Shown in pieces: positions 1 to 9,665 of a DNA stretch of 64,000 nt; within the stretch, counting starts at the first letter, position 1, and each line of letters starts with the position of its first letter. The notes under the pieces are model-generated. The model was not told where the DNA came from, ran no database searches, and worked only from the letters and a program-made list of their open reading frames with translations. A program made the translations under genes and the position numbers. Source of the DNA: Obrimoposthia wandeli (Eukaryota); contig CDROCS010006375.1 of the NCBI GenBank assembly GCA_977020255.1, positions 1-64,000 on the forward strand. Direction: 5' to 3'.

Positions 1-341
1 CTTACCAAGACTACACCTTTCGAGTCACTGCAAATAAAGCAGTTGCTGCCACTGTGGCACAGCAGGGTGTTGTGGCTGATTTTTATCAAATCAACGCACG
101 CTTCCACAATGCTGAGGAAGTTGCTGTGATCAATAATCAGTTAACCGATACAACTAACTTTACTCTGGCGATAGAGGCTGACAGCGGCAAGGTCATCGCA
201 ACATTTAAAGGTAGCTATAAATTACGCGGAAAGACCCTCACTCAGACGCCTGAGATCAGAATCGACTCTCTGCAATGGCAATGTAAAACCAATTTGCGTT
301 CAGCCATGCGCCCAAGCAGCTGCAAACGCCAAGACAAGTAA
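1..341 (+). CDS. pilA: Type IVa pilin (PilA-like), 5'-truncated by the window edge
   Basis: Frame is open from base 3: YQDYTFRVTANKAVAAT matches the pilin helix motif AYQDYTxR. The C-terminal D-region has two Cys (WQCKTNL...RPSSC). Confidence 0.8.
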   Translation, partial: YQDYTFRVTANKAVAATVAQQGVVADFYQINARFHNAEEVAVINNQLTDTTNFTLAIEADSGKVIATFKGSYKLRGKTLTQTPEIRIDSLQWQCKTNLRSAMRPSSCKRQDK

Positions 342-409
342 ACACTGTTAACAACCTGTTGGGCTAACTCACTATCAACAAGTGATAGGCTCGACAGATC
401 TCTAGCTTT

Positions 410-1444
410 TTAGGTACTCTGCCTAATCACTAACTCGGTACTCAAGTCCAACACTGGCTCTTCTAATGGCGTAGACCCTAAGCGAGCCAACATCATCTTG
501 GCCGCTTCCTTACCTATCTCATACAATGGTGTTTTAATAGTCGTCAACGGCGGATTGATGGCGCTTGCCCCGTCTAAATCGTTAAATCCCGCAACGGCTA
601 ATGTTTCAGGTATAGATATATTACGGCGCTGCGCCTCATAAATAACACCAAATGCCAGCTCATCACTGTTACAAAAAACCGCCTGAACTTGTGGCGACTG
701 CTCGAGTAATTGACCCAGCAACTCCCCTCCCAAACCAATAGTAATCGCCTCTTTTGAATTGACCACATTATTGGTCGCGTTAATACCCGCATGGGCCAGT
801 GCAGCGAGGAAGCCACGTAAACGTCGCTGTGATCGGCTGCCCATTTGGGCACCAATAAATCCAATGTTTCGATAACCGCGCTCGATCAAGTGTCGAGCCA
901 TACTGGCCCCCGCTGTGAAGTGCGAGAAACCAACATTCATGTCTATTGGCGGCGTATGCCCCACATCCATAATCTGCACCACAGGTAGCTTTGCCACTTT
1001 TAAACGTTTTTCAATACGCGGGGATAAGTCTAAACCCGTTACTATGATTCCATCTGGACTCAATGACATCAGTTTTAACAACAGCTTTTCTTCTTGCAGG
1101 ATTGAATAGTAACTATTGGCAAAGATAACTTCGTAGCCGTTGGCCGTACAGACATCGTAAATCCCTTTACTGACACGACTAAACACGGCGTGGGACATAG
1201 AGGGGATCAATACGGCAATGGTATGTGTTTTAGAGGTCGCGAGAGCCTTGGCGGCTCGATTGGGGATATAACCTAATTCATCGATGGCCAATTCCACCTT
1301 CTTACGTACAGCAGCGGACACTTTTTGCGGTAAGTTAATGACCCTAGAGACGGTAATGGCACTGACATTTGTCTCTCGAGCGACGTCCGCTAAAGTCACC
1401 CTTCCCGTCGCTCGCGAGCTGATAACACTCTCTACTTCAGTCAT
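410..1444 (-). CDS. gntR: LacI-family transcriptional regulator, gluconate-repressor (GntR) type
   Basis: HTH VTLADVARETNVSAITVSRVIN, hinge YIPNRAAKAL, periplasmic-binding fold C-terminus with PPLTTI. Confidence 0.85.
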   Translation of the reverse strand: MTEVESVISSRATGRVTLADVARETNVSAITVSRVINLPQKVSAAVRKKVELAIDELGYIPNRAAKALATSKTHTIAVLIPSMSHAVFSRVSKGIYDVCTANGYEVIFANSYYSILQEEKLLLKLMSLSPDGIIVTGLDLSPRIEKRLKVAKLPVVQIMDVGHTPPIDMNVGFSHFTAGASMARHLIERGYRNIGFIGAQMGSRSQRRLRGFLAALAHAGINATNNVVNSKEAITIGLGGELLGQLLEQSPQVQAVFCNSDELAFGVIYEAQRRNISIPETLAVAGFNDLDGASAINPPLTTIKTPLYEIGKEAAKMMLARLGSTPLEEPVLDLSTELVIRQST

Positions 1445-1496
1445 TTCTCTGATCCCAGTTAATACTAAAGGGTAACTATAATTGTCGAATACTTCA

Positions 1497-1510
1497 TGAT
1501 AGCGTTAACA
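1497..1510. promoter_or_regulatory. Putative LacI/GntR operator TGATAGCGTTAACA
   Basis: Imperfect palindrome with central CG, resembling GntR boxes, in the divergent gntR/MCP spacer. Confidence 0.5.
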
Positions 1511-1650
1511 GAACGATGGAGTAAACAACGAATTATGTTATGCGATCAGAACAATACTGATAAAAAAGCTACACAATGTTTCTTCTAATAAAACGATAGT
1601 GCTAAGTTATATACAAAATAAAATAACAATAACGTGCTTTGAGGCCTGGA

Positions 1651-3294
1651 ATGAAATCAATAAAAGCAAAGATACTCGTAATAGTCACGCTGCTCACGCT
1701 GATTATAGTCGCGGTACTGACCGCAATATCCGTCAATAGTCTCGTCGCCATGGGTGAGCGGGACACCGCCTTATTTAAGAAAGAAATTTACCAGATAAAG
1801 CGTGAAGAGCTAAAAAACTACATCGAAATCGCTCAAAAAGCAGTCACCGGATTAATCCCGGGACAAGATGAAGAAGAAATGCGCAATCGGCTGCGTAACT
1901 TGCTCTTTGCCGGTAACGGCTACCTTTTTAATATTTGAGCCAGGGGATTCCACACCATTTATGCACAGCGACCTCTAGAAGGTAAAAACCTGGCGCAACT
2001 CAAAGATACTAGAGGCACATTCATCATCTCCGAGCTAGTTAAAAAAGCCAACAATGGCGGCGGCTACCTTGAGTATTACTGGGACAACCCCGCAACCAAA
2101 ACCGAAGGGTTAAAACTGTCTTACGCCGACTTGCTAGGTGACTGGAATTACATGGTTGGTATAGGTGTCTATATCGACGATATTGACGCCAAGGTCGCCG
2201 TATTGGAAAATGATATAAAAAGTAACATTGACAGTTTTATCCTTAAGGTCATTATGATTTCAATTGTCGTGTTATTGATCGCCGCCCTGTTAATAACCGT
2301 GATCACTAGTCGCTTACTACGCCCCCTCGCCACTGTTGCTCTCTCACTGGAGGCGATTGCCCAAGGTGATGGTGACCTAACACAGCGTATTGAGTGTGAT
2401 ACGAAAGATGAAGCGGGCCGTGTCGCCGATGCTTTTAACCAATTTGTCACTCTCATCCATGCATTAGTGGAGCAAGTCAGCGTGTCGAGTAACGCTTTAA
2501 ATAGCACCGTCACAGAGTTGGATCAACTTCGAGAAAAAAGTGTAGACCGTCTACAGGTACAGCAAGAGCAACGTCTGAATGTAGTGGATGCAGTTAAACA
2601 ACTAATGACCTCTGCTCACGACATTTCACAAGACAGTGTTGAGGCCACCTCACAAGCTAAATCTGCCAACAGTGAGGCCGAGCAGGGCATCAAAGCCCTA
2701 GCGGATAACAGCAAGAAAATTGAAGAGCTGGCCGCAGGTATCGATAATGCTGCCTCCGTTATTACCCAGCTTGAGAAAGAAATTGAAGGAGTGGGCGCCG
2801 TCCTTAATGTCATTCAAGGCATCGCTGAGCAAACCAATTTATTGGCATTAAATGCGGCCATTGAGGCTGCCAGAGCAGGCGATCAAGGAAGAGGTTTTGC
2901 CGTCGTAGCCGATGAAGTGAGAGCACTGGCAGGGCGCACACGCCAGAGTATTGATGAAATTCACAATATGATGAAACGCTTAGAACAACGCTCACAAGAT
3001 GCCGTTCAAGTCATGAGCTTAAGCCAATCTAACAGCGTCGCCTGTTTAAATGCAGATTAAGTCGAGCATGCTATCGTCTCAGCAAAATTATCGAGCGATC
3101 AATCAACTCAACACTTGAAATCGAGAACATGATCAACAAGCTGTATGACTCAATCAATGAGCGATAGCATTGAGCGTATTGCTGAACTTGGAATATCCTC
3201 CGAAGAAGACACCAAGCAGTCATCGCACTACTCGCAAGAAATCGCTACACAAGCGAGTACGCTAACCCAATTAATCTCACAATTTAAAATGTAG
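1651..3294 (+). pseudogene. Methyl-accepting chemotaxis protein (Cache_2 + HAMP + MCP signal), disrupted
   Basis: Cache motif LEGKNL..KD..G...WDNP and signalling motif [31 protein letters not shown] are present. In-frame TGA at 1936-1938, TAA at 3058-3060, TGA at 3130-3132; an MCP-like tail (...QLISQFKM) ends at 3294. Confidence 0.85.
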
Positions 3295-3414
3295 AACACC
3301 GTTAACTTAACCTGCATGATTCTTTGTCGCGCGGGTTCCTAACAGGTCATACAATAACAAGTACCAGATTGACGTGAAGTTATAAGTCTTTGCTGATACT
3401 TTATGCTCATATAG

Positions 3415-3846
3415 TTAAAACTGAACAACTTCTGATAGCTTACTTAATATATGACTCCAGCCACCTTCATGATTTGACCGGCGCTGCTCATCGATAAATC
3501 TAACATGAGTGAGTTCAATATTGGTTTGATTATTGTCCAGTTGGGTAAACGTTAGAGTGACGACACTATCATCAACAGACTCTGGTGATTCCCAAGTAAA
3601 GGCCAGTGTTTTAGGACGATCGATGGTTAAGTACTTACCTGTATGCGGTATCTTCTTGTCACCTACTTGCATGACGATGGTAAATGCACCACCTTCCCTA
3701 GCGTCATTTTCTACTTGTGGGCATTCCATGGCCGCCATAGGCAGCATGAACTTCGCTAATACAATGGGATCTAGCCAGGCATCAAACAAAGCTGCCATTG
3801 GCGCATTTATTATTTTGCTAACGTGTACTGTTAAGTCCGACATCAT
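3415..3846 (-). CDS. SRPBCC/AHSA1-like domain protein
   Basis: LFDAWLDP, D.REGGAF, GKYLTIDRP..LAFTW, H.GGW pattern. Confidence 0.85.
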   Translation of the reverse strand: MMSDLTVHVSKIINAPMAALFDAWLDPIVLAKFMLPMAAMECPQVENDAREGGAFTIVMQVGDKKIPHTGKYLTIDRPKTLAFTWESPESVDDSVVTLTFTQLDNNQTNIELTHVRFIDEQRRSNHEGGWSHILSKLSEVVQF

Positions 3847-4180
3847 TTATCTCCGTTTCCATTACATCCGATAGCTTATCCAGACGTAGCTCCCAAATAG
3901 ATTTAAGTTCTTTAAACCATGCTTCAATAACATGAATACGTTTTAAATCCGCTTCTATCCAATGAGTTCTACCAACCGTCTTGCGGCGGATAAGCTCACA
4001 TCGCTCTAAGACTTTAATATGTTTGGATATAGCATTGAGCGACATATCATAATAAGAAGCCAAGTCGGTCACTCGACAAGGCCCTTCTTGACAGAGTCTT
4101 GTTAAAAGCGAACGACGTGTCGTATCACTCATCGACTTAAAAGCGTCAGATAATATTTTGTCATCACTATATTCAACCAT
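3818..4180 (-). CDS. ArsR/SmtB-family transcriptional regulator
   Basis: FKSMSDTTRRSLL...ISKHIKVLERCELI; overlaps the SRPBCC gene, a typical pairing. Confidence 0.85.
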   Translation of the reverse strand: MVEYSDDKILSDAFKSMSDTTRRSLLTRLCQEGPCRVTDLASYYDMSLNAISKHIKVLERCELIRRKTVGRTHWIEADLKRIHVIEAWFKELKSIWELRLDKLSDVMETEINDVGLNSTR

Positions 4181-4208
4181 AAGGATTAGTATACTCTTGA
4201 TTACTTTA

Positions 4209-4230
4209 TATTCAACCTATAGGTTGAATA
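4209..4230. promoter_or_regulatory. Perfect 22-bp palindrome TATTCAACCTATAGGTTGAATA, probable ArsR autoregulatory operator
   Basis: Self-complementary site about 30 bp upstream of the arsR start; a half-site TATTCAACCAT overlaps the start codon (4170-4180). Confidence 0.7.
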
Positions 4231-4351
4231 AGTTATTTTACCTGCGGATATTGAAAATATAATAAACCGAAAAATGAGGCATTATAGGCCCCTGCTAGCG
4301 CTTCCTTAAGGTGTACGCTCTATTGAGCCGCACATACAGTACCGCTAATGG

Positions 4352-4567
4352 TCAATCCTCATCTGATTCGACATATTGCAGAATGTCTCCCGGCTGGCAA
4401 GCCAGTGCCTTACAGATTGCCTCTAAAGTGGATAGGCGTACCGCTTTGGCCTTACCGGTTTTCAATATCGAAAGATTTTGCTCGGTAATACCTATCGCAC
4501 GCGCTAGCTCATTAGACTTCATATTTTTCTTGGCAAGTACCAAGTTTAAATTAACCACTATTGGCAT
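4352..4567 (-). CDS. Cro/C1-type HTH regulator (YozG-like)
   Basis: LARAIGITEQNLSILKTGKAKAVRLSTLEAICKALACQPGDIL. Confidence 0.9.
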   Translation of the reverse strand: MPIVVNLNLVLAKKNMKSNELARAIGITEQNLSILKTGKAKAVRLSTLEAICKALACQPGDILQYVESDED

Positions 4568-4570
4568 TAT

Positions 4571-5104
4571 TTACACCGTATACGCTTGTTCATCACTTAA
4601 CACTACTGCCTCGCGCATCACCCTTGCTAACAGCAATAACAATAGACCCACTATCAGTAAGCTAAGATCAGAGACGCCAAACTCGATGGTTATTTCGTGC
4701 GGCTGATCAGCACTGTTAAACGAAAAGATCAGGCTAATTAAAGGCGTGAATAATAGATTAGCGAGCCACCAGCAAACCACACTGACACCCAAGGCACGAA
4801 AGCAGTAGACGTTTTGCTCCGTAAAAAACACCTGTTGTTGGTACAGCTGAAATAGCCGCTTCAACTGGCTCACTGCAGACAAGACAGCTATGACTGGTAG
4901 GGCACTAACTGTAATTGCCATTAACTTAGATTGCAACGACAGTGATTGACCTTGCAAACTCGGTAAGTCATCAAAAAAACTAGCATCTAGGGCATTAAAA
5001 AAAGACCAATACAGCAGCGTTAATATGGGCACTGTTATCCATATAATTGAGCAAAATCTGCTAAACCTCGAGCTTACCTGTGATATTTTCCCTGCATTAT
5101 CCAT
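4571..5104 (-). CDS. DUF2975 membrane protein
   Basis: Four TM segments, F.EQNV..FR.LG and C-terminal A..L.DEQ..TV; sits directly upstream of a YozG-like HTH gene. Confidence 0.85.
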   Translation of the reverse strand: MDNAGKISQVSSRFSRFCSIIWITVPILTLLYWSFFNALDASFFDDLPSLQGQSLSLQSKLMAITVSALPVIAVLSAVSQLKRLFQLYQQQVFFTEQNVYCFRALGVSVVCWWLANLLFTPLISLIFSFNSADQPHEITIEFGVSDLSLLIVGLLLLLLARVMREAVVLSDEQAYTV

Positions 5105-5145
5105 AGCTACCTCCTTTTTAAATAAAAAGGATAGTAGCTAAATAA

Positions 5146-5183
5146 TTATCGATTAACAATAATTAATTATCGTTTTTCGATAA
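5146..5183. promoter_or_regulatory. Tandem operators TTATCG-N5-C(A/G)ATAA upstream of DUF2975/HTH
   Basis: TTATCGATTAACAATAA (5146-5162) and TTATCGTTTTTCGATAA (5167-5183), 21 bp apart. Confidence 0.6.
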
Positions 5184-5232
5184 TAAAAATCAAAAACCAA
5201 TCTCCCAATAAAAAGCATACGAGACAAGCCAG

Positions 5233-5862
5233 TTATCCATTTTGTGGTGCTTTATAAAACAGTAGACCCAAACTGATCAGCACATAAACCATACTCGTAG
5301 CGCGATTAAATATACGCTGGCGACGCACTGATTGAAGCCATTTGCGCAATTGTGCTCCCAAAGAGCAATAGCCACCGTAGATAAGTGCATCAATAATCAA
5401 TGCTGTGGGGATCAGTATGATTAATTGCTGCCATAGTGCATTCTCTGTATGAATAAACTGACTAAAGATAGCCACATTAACGAAAATAGCTTTGGGGTTG
5501 GTGATAGAGATAGTAAATGCAGTACGCATCACTCGTCCACGACTCAAAGAGATATTCCCCTTAAGGCTAGCCACACGACCGTCATCACGCCAAGTGGTAT
5601 AAGCAAGGTAGAGCATATAGCTAGCGCCTAATAATTTAACCACACTGAAAAGGGCGGGCTGCGTCATGATCAGCGCCGCCAACCCCGTTAGCCCTACTGT
5701 GATATGTAGTAGGGCTGCCAAGCCTATTCCGGGGATGGTCCACAATGCACGCTTGAGACCACTGCTTTGTGAAACACCTATACAATTGATAACATTAGGT
5801 CCCACTGGAGCAGTCGTCGCGGACCAGATAATCACAAACAAGAGCCAAGCTTGAACATCCAT
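5233..5862 (-). CDS. LysE/RhtB-family efflux translocator
   Basis: PVGPN, VKLLGASYMLYLA, TNPKA motifs; start taken at MDVQAW. Confidence 0.85.
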   Translation of the reverse strand: MDVQAWLLFVIIWSATTAPVGPNVINCIGVSQSSGLKRALWTIPGIGLAALLHITVGLTGLAALIMTQPALFSVVKLLGASYMLYLAYTTWRDDGRVASLKGNISLSRGRVMRTAFTISITNPKAIFVNVAIFSQFIHTENALWQQLIILIPTALIIDALIYGGYCSLGAQLRKWLQSVRRQRIFNRATSMVYVLISLGLLFYKAPQNG

Positions 5863-6368
5863 TATTAAATACTCTTTACTGATGACACTGCTGATGAAGG
5901 CCCACTTGACGCGATACACTAAATGTGTACTCGGCTAACTCAGAAGTTTCGAAAAATCAGCAATCTAATGGGTCCCTTAAGACAAAGCAAGCCATATCGC
6001 TAACAGTAACGATCTTGCGGCCATAGTGCGCATAATCACGGAAGATAACGTCATTTTGTCACCTTTATACCGAATAGTTGTAAAGGATCAACACGCGAGA
6101 GATTAACAAGTGTCTAGAGTTCACGGTAAAGAACAGGCGGGTACACATATCCAAAACAATGACGATGAAAGCTCAATGATATTTACATGCGTTCTATACA
6201 TAAGGTTGTGGAGGTAAGTAAACAATCGGCAAAATAGCGAATCTATAGTGTTATAACCAGCATTGGGTGTGTCTATAACTTTAAATATTGAGCCACTGCT
6301 TAATACTGCACGATGACGTGTGATAGTGATGCCGAGGACTCTCTAATAAGACGCCTCAGCTCACTGCT

Positions 6369-6399
6369 GTATTGACACTGCGTTTAGCAATGTCAATAC
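6369..6399 (-). terminator. Stem-loop downstream of the YHS gene
   Basis: GTATTGACA...TGTCAATAC inverted repeat just after the stop; no clear U-tract. Confidence 0.45.
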
Positions 6400-6406
6400 G
6401 CTCACG

Positions 6407-6916
6407 TTATAGTGCGGTAGCGGCTGTGTGTTCTATTTTCTGCCACTGCGTTTCTGCGCTGGCAATAGTACCCGCCTCGTCTTTGAGATAGAGCTGATAG
6501 ATTTCTTCGTTTAAGAAAACGTATAGCTTGCCATTAACGATACTGGCAAACTTCGGATCCCCATCAAACTTCTTTCCCACTGAGACACCAAAAGTACAAA
6601 AGCCACCATTTTGTGGCACGTACTGTGCGGGGTTCTTTTCGAACTCAGTCTGGCTGGCAGCATCGCTGAAATAATAAGCAACGCCATTGTGCTTAGAAGT
6701 AAAGCTCGCTAACCCCAAGGTAGCATTACCTTTAGTTATAGCGGCAACGGGATCAGCACCGTGCAGCCCTAGAGGAGCACCTGCTGCAGTTAGTCCTGGA
6801 GCAACGTTGTGCTCATCAACAGCCAACGCCACATTAGAGAGTGATGCCGTGAGTACTAATGCTGCTGCACAGAGGTTGCTACGGTTAAATAATTTTTGCG
6901 TTGATAACTTAGCCAT
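6407..6916 (-). CDS. Secreted YHS-domain (seleno)protein family member, Cys form
   Basis: Signal peptide; G.DPVA, YYFSDAA...FEKNP.QYVPQNGGFC, IVNGKLY motifs; Cys codon is TGT. Confidence 0.8.
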   Translation of the reverse strand: MAKLSTQKLFNRSNLCAAALVLTASLSNVALAVDEHNVAPGLTAAGAPLGLHGADPVAAITKGNATLGLASFTSKHNGVAYYFSDAASQTEFEKNPAQYVPQNGGFCTFGVSVGKKFDGDPKFASIVNGKLYVFLNEEIYQLYLKDEAGTIASAETQWQKIEHTAATAL

Positions 6917-7096
6917 CTTGTTCACCTATTGTAGTTTTCGCTGCTCACACTATTTTAATGAGCATTAGCAGCGGGTTTGAAATGAATTTAGCCGTTGTGT
7001 TGGGCTGAATCCATACTCAAACAATTGATACCATATGTAAATAACAAGAGCCTAACTTGCGACTAAAGGCAAACTAAGTGGGACGATATGTATCAT

Positions 7097-8017
7097 TTAT
7101 GTTATTTGGCGTAAATCTCTGGGAGCTAATCCGAACTTGCCCGAAAAAGCTCGAGTAAATGCAGACGCTGAGTGATAGCCCGTTTGGCTCGCTATTTGCT
7201 GAATACTTAAGCGGGACTCTGCTAACATAGACACCGCTTTTTGCAAACGCCATTCTGACAAATATGCCATGGGTCCCATACCCACTAACTGATTAAACTT
7301 ATGGGCAAAACGGCTGCGTGACATCGCCACGGCAGTCGCTAATGATTCAACTGTCCATGGATTTGCTGGTTGTTGGTGAATCAAATTTAACGATTTACCG
7401 ATGCGAGGATCCTGTAACCCTTCCAACAAAGTCAGCAGTGCCGGCTGTTCACTGATACCCGCTTTTAGCATTTCGATAAACACAATTTCTGATAGCCGTG
7501 TCACCGACGCTGCAGCGCCTAATTGATCCTCAAATATACGCTGCGAGATCAAGCGTAAAACCGCATCGAGAAGAGGGTGTTTAGCACGGCAGCTATTTGC
7601 TAAATGCAATACTTCTGGCAGCACCTGCAATATAGGGTGGTCCGCATGATCACGAAAACTGAGATGACCACAAACCATCTGAGTAGTCGCTCTAGAATCC
7701 CCATCACCGATCCTCAGTACTCCAGAACCTTGATAGCCACTGTCTAGCAGTACCTGCTCTAATGGCGCAGCAACGCTGTGCTCATTATCAAGCAATTGAT
7801 GACTCGTGCCATGCGGTATCATCATTAAATCCCCCACTTCGAGCAGCGTGACATTATCATTCACCTTCACCGCACAGCGTCCCTGTATCACCAGATGAAA
7901 CCTGGCGACACTTTGATATTGCGGTACGGTAACTCCCCAAGGGGCACAGAAATCTGTTCTAAAATACAATGCGCCTTTAAGACCTAAGGTATTAAATATG
8001 TCATCTAAGATATCCAT
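7097..8017 (-). CDS. AraC-family regulator with Cupin_6 domain (RclR-like)
   Basis: MDILDDIF..L, CAPWG, FHLVIQGRC; C-terminal PWTVESLA..MSRSRFA HTH. Confidence 0.85.
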   Translation of the reverse strand: MDILDDIFNTLGLKGALYFRTDFCAPWGVTVPQYQSVARFHLVIQGRCAVKVNDNVTLLEVGDLMMIPHGTSHQLLDNEHSVAAPLEQVLLDSGYQGSGVLRIGDGDSRATTQMVCGHLSFRDHADHPILQVLPEVLHLANSCRAKHPLLDAVLRLISQRIFEDQLGAAASVTRLSEIVFIEMLKAGISEQPALLTLLEGLQDPRIGKSLNLIHQQPANPWTVESLATAVAMSRSRFAHKFNQLVGMGPMAYLSEWRLQKAVSMLAESRLSIQQIASQTGYHSASAFTRAFSGKFGLAPRDLRQIT

Positions 8018-8545
8018 ATGTGCAAATACTCCCGTTAAACGATACGATACGCACAATATAGCTTTCTATAAGTAAATGTACAATTCAATGAAGTATTCCC
8101 CGTTTCAGTGAGTTAGCTAGGCTCAGCCCTATCCTTTAGAATGAATAAGAATCTGTATCAATTAATTATAAAACACTGGAAATCAGGTGCTTTCAATCTG
8201 TATGAGGACATTTCTGTTAATTTTTAACCCAATACTATTAAGCATAATGATTGTGTTTAATTCTGGAAACGCTCTGTAAACAAAGTAGCGAGGGAAAGTA
8301 AAAGCGAGGTTTATACTTCTGAAACGAGGGCATTGAACTTGTTTTTAACACCAGATTGCCAAGCGTTCTAATCGTGAAAACCTCACGAGAAAATAATTAG
8401 GTATACACAGAAGTAAAGGGGCGGTATTTATCATGTCATCAAGCCTATAAACCTCTAGTGAGTAAGTACTTAATAACCTGATAGAACCAATTAAATAAAA
8501 GAACACCAACTTCTAGGGAATAAAAATTGGTGCGGCTATTAGATA

Positions 8546-9511
8546 TTATCCCTTGGCGCGTAATTGACGAGCGTGAAAAACATAGCCTAACAAATTCAGT
8601 AGAACTTGGGCCGCTAAAATGCTCGTAGTACCTGTGTGGTCGTAATCAGGTGCCACTTCGCATAAATCAATGCCGACAACTTCACCCTGATTGGCAACTT
8701 GCTGTAACACTTCCATCACTTCGTAATACTGAAAACCGCCATGACTTGGGGTACCAGTGCCTGGCGCAATAGAGGGATCAAAGCCGTCGATATCGATAGT
8801 AATATAATAATTAACATCTTTAGGGATTAGTGCCATGACACCTTCAACACCCAAACGACGAACATCGCGAACTGAGAGTATGGTTGAGCCTGCATCTTCA
8901 GCCAGTTTGTGATCATCACGATTTGACGAAGAAACATTGCGAATACCCAACTGCGTCATGCCCGTAATAAACTCCTGCTCGGAAGCTCGACGCATCGGAT
9001 TACCATGACCAAATTTCACACCGTGGCGTTCATCGACAAAGTCTAAGTGAGCATCAATTTGAATAATATGCATTGGCCCCTGGCCTTCAAATGCACGGAT
9101 ACAAGGTGCATTGACGGAGTGGTCACCACCAACAATCACTGGGAGCGCACCTGCCTCTAACATTTTACGCACGCCATATTCAATATTGTCGTGACATTTA
9201 ACCGTGTCAGTGTGCACCATATCTGCATCGCCAATATCAACCATTTTGACACCATCTAAGTACATCGTATCTTCTTCGTACGAATACGCACCGCCATGGC
9301 CGAAAGAAAACAGTGTTGAAGCTTCTCGTATCGAACGCGGCCCCATTCTGGCACCTGAACGCCATTGGGTACCACAGTCAAAAGGAGCCCCCATAAAGGC
9401 GACGTCTGCTTTAATATTGTCCCAGTCTTCGCAGATGGGGCTCTTGGCGAAAGTACAGAAGCCTACAAACGGTAGGTTTAACCGTCCTTTTTCATAAGAA
9501 TTTTCACTCAT
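8546..9511 (-). CDS. speB: Agmatinase-family ureohydrolase (substrate unproven)
   Basis: GGDHS, DAHLD and DIDGFDPSIAPGTGTP Mn-binding motifs; start at MSENSY with GGAGG RBS. Confidence 0.85.
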   Translation of the reverse strand: MSENSYEKGRLNLPFVGFCTFAKSPICEDWDNIKADVAFMGAPFDCGTQWRSGARMGPRSIREASTLFSFGHGGAYSYEEDTMYLDGVKMVDIGDADMVHTDTVKCHDNIEYGVRKMLEAGALPVIVGGDHSVNAPCIRAFEGQGPMHIIQIDAHLDFVDERHGVKFGHGNPMRRASEQEFITGMTQLGIRNVSSSNRDDHKLAEDAGSTILSVRDVRRLGVEGVMALIPKDVNYYITIDIDGFDPSIAPGTGTPSHGGFQYYEVMEVLQQVANQGEVVGIDLCEVAPDYDHTGTTSILAAQVLLNLLGYVFHARQLRAKG

Positions 9512-9665
9512 ATTCTTTTCCTCCACAATACTAGGTCTTATTATTAGAGGTAGCTCCTCTGGGATGCACCTCTGTTTCATCGAGTCTTTACGATGATTAA
9601 CCTGAGTATTGCAAATGGAATTGCATTATAAAATATTAAAATTTAGATGCTGACATTCAATAATT

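Noticed and set aside
1936-1938. TGA in the MCP as selenocysteine or recoded Trp
   Set aside because: The gene also has a TAA and a further disruption, other genes use TGA as a normal stop, and MCPs are not selenoproteins; a pseudogene is simpler.
4311-4706. 131-aa plus-strand ORF and similar antisense ORFs (e.g. 13196-13726, 35512-35949, 39149-40154, 53099-53416)
   Set aside because: Shadow frames opposite well-supported genes, with no motifs.
5920-6360. Gene-free spacer as possible ncRNA or gene remnant
   Set aside because: No recognisable motif, repeat or long ORF.
8060-8545. AT-rich spacer as possible mobile-element scar
   Set aside because: No terminal repeats or transposase fragments seen.
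9512-9665. Guanidine riboswitch upstream of the ureohydrolase
   Set aside because: Only short hairpins; no ykkC, mini-ykkC ACGR loops or ykkC-III consensus.
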